IMG/VR virus record: IMGVR_UViG_3300037440_000274 | Location: 1-26,427 of that record | Reading direction: 5' to 3' (one strand) | Origin: a virus | Taxonomy: Duplodnaviria; Caudoviricetes | DNA: 26,427 nucleotides | Shown: positions 24,836-26,427 of the stretch, piece after piece | Position numbering within the stretch: position 1 is the first letter of the stretch | How the letters are laid out: every line of letters starts with the position of its first letter | Translations under genes and position numbers: made by a program | The notes under the pieces: model-generated | The model's database searches: none | What the model saw: only the letters and a program-made list of their open reading frames with translations | What the model was told of the DNA's origin: nothing

Positions 24836-25156
24836 TCAATCCTCCTTTGCAGGGTCAACGATTACGCACTCGATGCGTGTGAGGACGGGGCCGCCGCCGT
24901 CACCAGTCAGCTCAACCGACTGCGGGGGCCGGCCGTAGCCTCGATCCAGCAGGGCGTTCGCGGCTGCAACGCGCGCGGACTCCGACTCGCCCCGCTCCGC
25001 GATCTCGGCCAGGACGCGCAGAGCCAGCGGGGCGTGCTGCTTCGCCATCTCGCTGATGGTGTGCTTCTGTTCGGGCGTGGCGCGGCTCTTGGAGCCCTTG
25101 GGGCGCCCGCCTCCCGCGCGGAATCCGCCGCGTTTTGTTTTCGATTTGGTATCCAC
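24836..25156 (-). CDS. terS: Terminase small subunit, 106 aa
   Basis: GGRPKGS, RVAAANALLDRGYGRP and VELTGDGGGPV motifs. First gene of the late operon, GTG start with GGAG RBS. Confidence 0.8.
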   Translation of the reverse strand: MDTKSKTKRGGFRAGGGRPKGSKSRATPEQKHTISEMAKQHAPLALRVLAEIAERGESESARVAAANALLDRGYGRPPQSVELTGDGGGPVLTRIECVIVDPAKED

Positions 25157-25175
25157 GGATCGTCTCCATACTCCG

Positions 25176-25205
25176 ACCCTACCGTTCCATCCCGGCTGGC
25201 GTCAA
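25176..25205 (-). promoter_or_regulatory. Candidate late-operon promoter
   Basis: TTGACG-18 nt-TAGGGT on the - strand, about 20 bp upstream of terS. Confidence 0.45.
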
Positions 25206-25237
25206 GTCTCTCGGCTCGCAGTCTCTATCTCAATCAC

Positions 25238-25595
25238 GTTACGCTTTTTGCATACGATGCGAGCGTTGATTTCATTGAGGATGATTCGGTTTGATGTAAC
25301 ACGATTGTTACGCGACTCGCGCATACGCCTGTATTCATTAACTATGAATCTTGTAACGGCTACACCTGCGAAAAATACCATAGGTCTGACGCGCACGCGC
25401 GCGACGCACAGGCGCACGGGCGGGCGCGGGCACACATAGACCCCTTTATTATTATTATCTTATATAGATTGTTAGTTGTTGTTGTTGGGTCAGAGACTTG
25501 CGAGTAAACGCAGGCTGTAACGTGAGAGATTGATGGAAACATCTGCCGTGATTACAGTAACATAGATCGTAAACGGTGTAGAAACCAACCGTTAC
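25238..25595. other. Iteron-like GTAAC/GTTAC cluster around an AT-rich core (candidate origin or packaging site)
   Basis: Seven copies at 25238, 25296, 25307, 25353, 25517, 25557 and 25591. GC tract at 25388-25438 abuts a TTA/TTG tract at 25445-25487. Confidence 0.55.
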
Positions 25596-25659
25596 GGTAG
25601 AGATTGGATTTTGCGTGGCGATCCGGCGCATAGGGCCTAAACCACATGGATTGCGGGTA

Positions 25660-25689
25660 TTGACAGGGCGCCCCGCACCTGTGTAGTAT
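25660..25689 (+). promoter_or_regulatory. sigma70-type promoter
   Basis: TTGACA-18 nt-TAGTAT, followed by inverted repeat GTAGCCG/CGGCTAC (25690-25717) and a GGAGG RBS. Confidence 0.7.
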
Positions 25690-25743
25690 GTAGCCGCGTA
25701 GTAATCGCTCCGGCTACGAATCACGGCGAATCATGGAGGAAAA

Positions 25744-26256
25744 ATGCGGTTCGACAAGGTTTCTGAAATTCCCGCACGCCTGAAAGCCCGAGAGACGCGA
25801 CGTCTGGGCGGGAAATATCCCTACGCCGGCATGGCCGTCGGGGACGTGTATCGCATCCAGGGGGATCGCACTGCGGTAACACGCGCGAGGGTTGCGGCCT
25901 ACGCCTATTTCCGGCGCGCCGGCTGGCGGCGAACTATCGCGCAGACCAGGCAAGGCGCGGAGTATGTGTTGTACGTGGAGAGGCTTGCCGACCAGGGCGG
26001 GCGCCCGCCGCGGGACGACCATCCGATAGTGATAGGCTTGCACCGGAGCCCGGTGTTGCACGATCCGGACAGCTCGGCGCTGTACGTCAACATGCGCGTC
26101 GGGGCCGTGCTGACCAGGGCGGGGCTTCCCGGCCCATTGGCGCGAGCGGAAGCGGCGGCCAAGGAGACGGCGCGGCGCAAGGGGTGGGCGCTGCGATGCT
26201 CCATCAGCGTGGACATGTACGGCACGCGCACCCTCCGCATAGAGCGCCTGTCCTGA
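25744..26256 (+). CDS. Putative DNA-binding protein with two tandem KYP..M.VGD-type domains, 170 aa
   Basis: Strong RBS. Internal duplication YAGMAVGDV...RRAGW...LYVERLA / YVNMRVGAV...RRKGW...LRIERLS. Basic composition. Confidence 0.65.
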   Translation: MRFDKVSEIPARLKARETRRLGGKYPYAGMAVGDVYRIQGDRTAVTRARVAAYAYFRRAGWRRTIAQTRQGAEYVLYVERLADQGGRPPRDDHPIVIGLHRSPVLHDPDSSALYVNMRVGAVLTRAGLPGPLARAEAAAKETARRKGWALRCSISVDMYGTRTLRIERLS

Positions 26257-26313
26257 CCGCGCAGCGCATGGCATGGTCTGTGCAATAGACCCCCACCGCC
26301 CCTCACCAGCCAT

Positions 26314-26344
26314 GAAAAAAATCGTCCATGGCGTGATTTTTTTC
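26314..26344. repeat. 10-bp perfect inverted repeat (operator, UP element or weak terminator)
   Basis: GAAAAAAATC-11 nt-GATTTTTTTC directly upstream of a -35 box. Confidence 0.7.
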
Positions 26345-26345
26345 C

Positions 26346-26374
26346 TTGACACACACCAGGCGCTCGCGTACTCT
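26346..26374 (+). promoter_or_regulatory. sigma70-type early promoter
   Basis: TTGACA-17 nt-TACTCT with A/T tracts upstream. Confidence 0.75.
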
Positions 26375-26421
26375 ATAGATAGATAGAGATTGCAACACAC
26401 ACACCAGACGGAGAGACGACC

Positions 26422-26427
26422 ATGATT
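26422..26427 (+). CDS. Start of a downstream gene, truncated by the window edge
   Basis: GGAGAG RBS and ATG downstream of the promoter. Confidence 0.5.

Larger units (their letters stand above)
1..26427. mobile_element. Siphovirus-like phage/prophage genome segment (HK97-fold head, long non-contractile tail)
   Basis: Canonical gene order terS-terL-portal-protease-capsid-connectors-tail tube-chaperones-tape measure-tail tip-lysis on the - strand. No sheath gene, no host housekeeping genes, and no integrase or att site in the window, so free phage and prophage cannot be distinguished. Confidence 0.95.

Noticed and set aside
25202-25724. Short - strand ORFs in the control region
   Set aside because: Low-complexity translations without RBS. 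The region is better explained as non-coding.

Overview
The whole window is a GC-rich tailed-phage or prophage segment (siphovirus type, HK97-like head), with no recognisable host genes, integrase or att site. It has two convergent arms. The + strand (1-5334) carries a recombination/early module: a PD-(D/E)XK nuclease, a phiC31 gp3-like protein, a Rad50/SMC-like ATPase, several small Zn-binding or membrane proteins and a lytic transglycosylase. The - strand (25156 down to 5238) carries a complete late operon: terS, PBSX-type terL, a portal-MuF fusion, prohead protease, HK97 capsid, accessory head genes including a beta-helix protein, connectors, tail tube, a -1 frameshifted tail chaperone pair, tape measure, tail-tip proteins, an amidase/holin/lipoprotein lysis cassette and a terminal fibre gene. 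At the right end is a divergent control region with GTAAC/GTTAC repeats around an AT-rich core, sigma70-like promoters and a gene for a tandem-domain protein. The most unusual items are (i) a duplicated dual-frame ATG-N-ATG cassette bounded by a 29-bp repeat, in which a transglycosylase N-terminus is overprinted on an HGW-x5-CDC membrane peptide, (ii) a multi-hairpin leader that may occlude the capsid RBS, (iii) a low-GC 138-bp repeat insert with constant and hypervariable blocks in the tail-tip gene, and (iv) a gp3-like protein in the slot where an annealase usually sits. Family assignments are from motif recognition by eye. No database searches were run.
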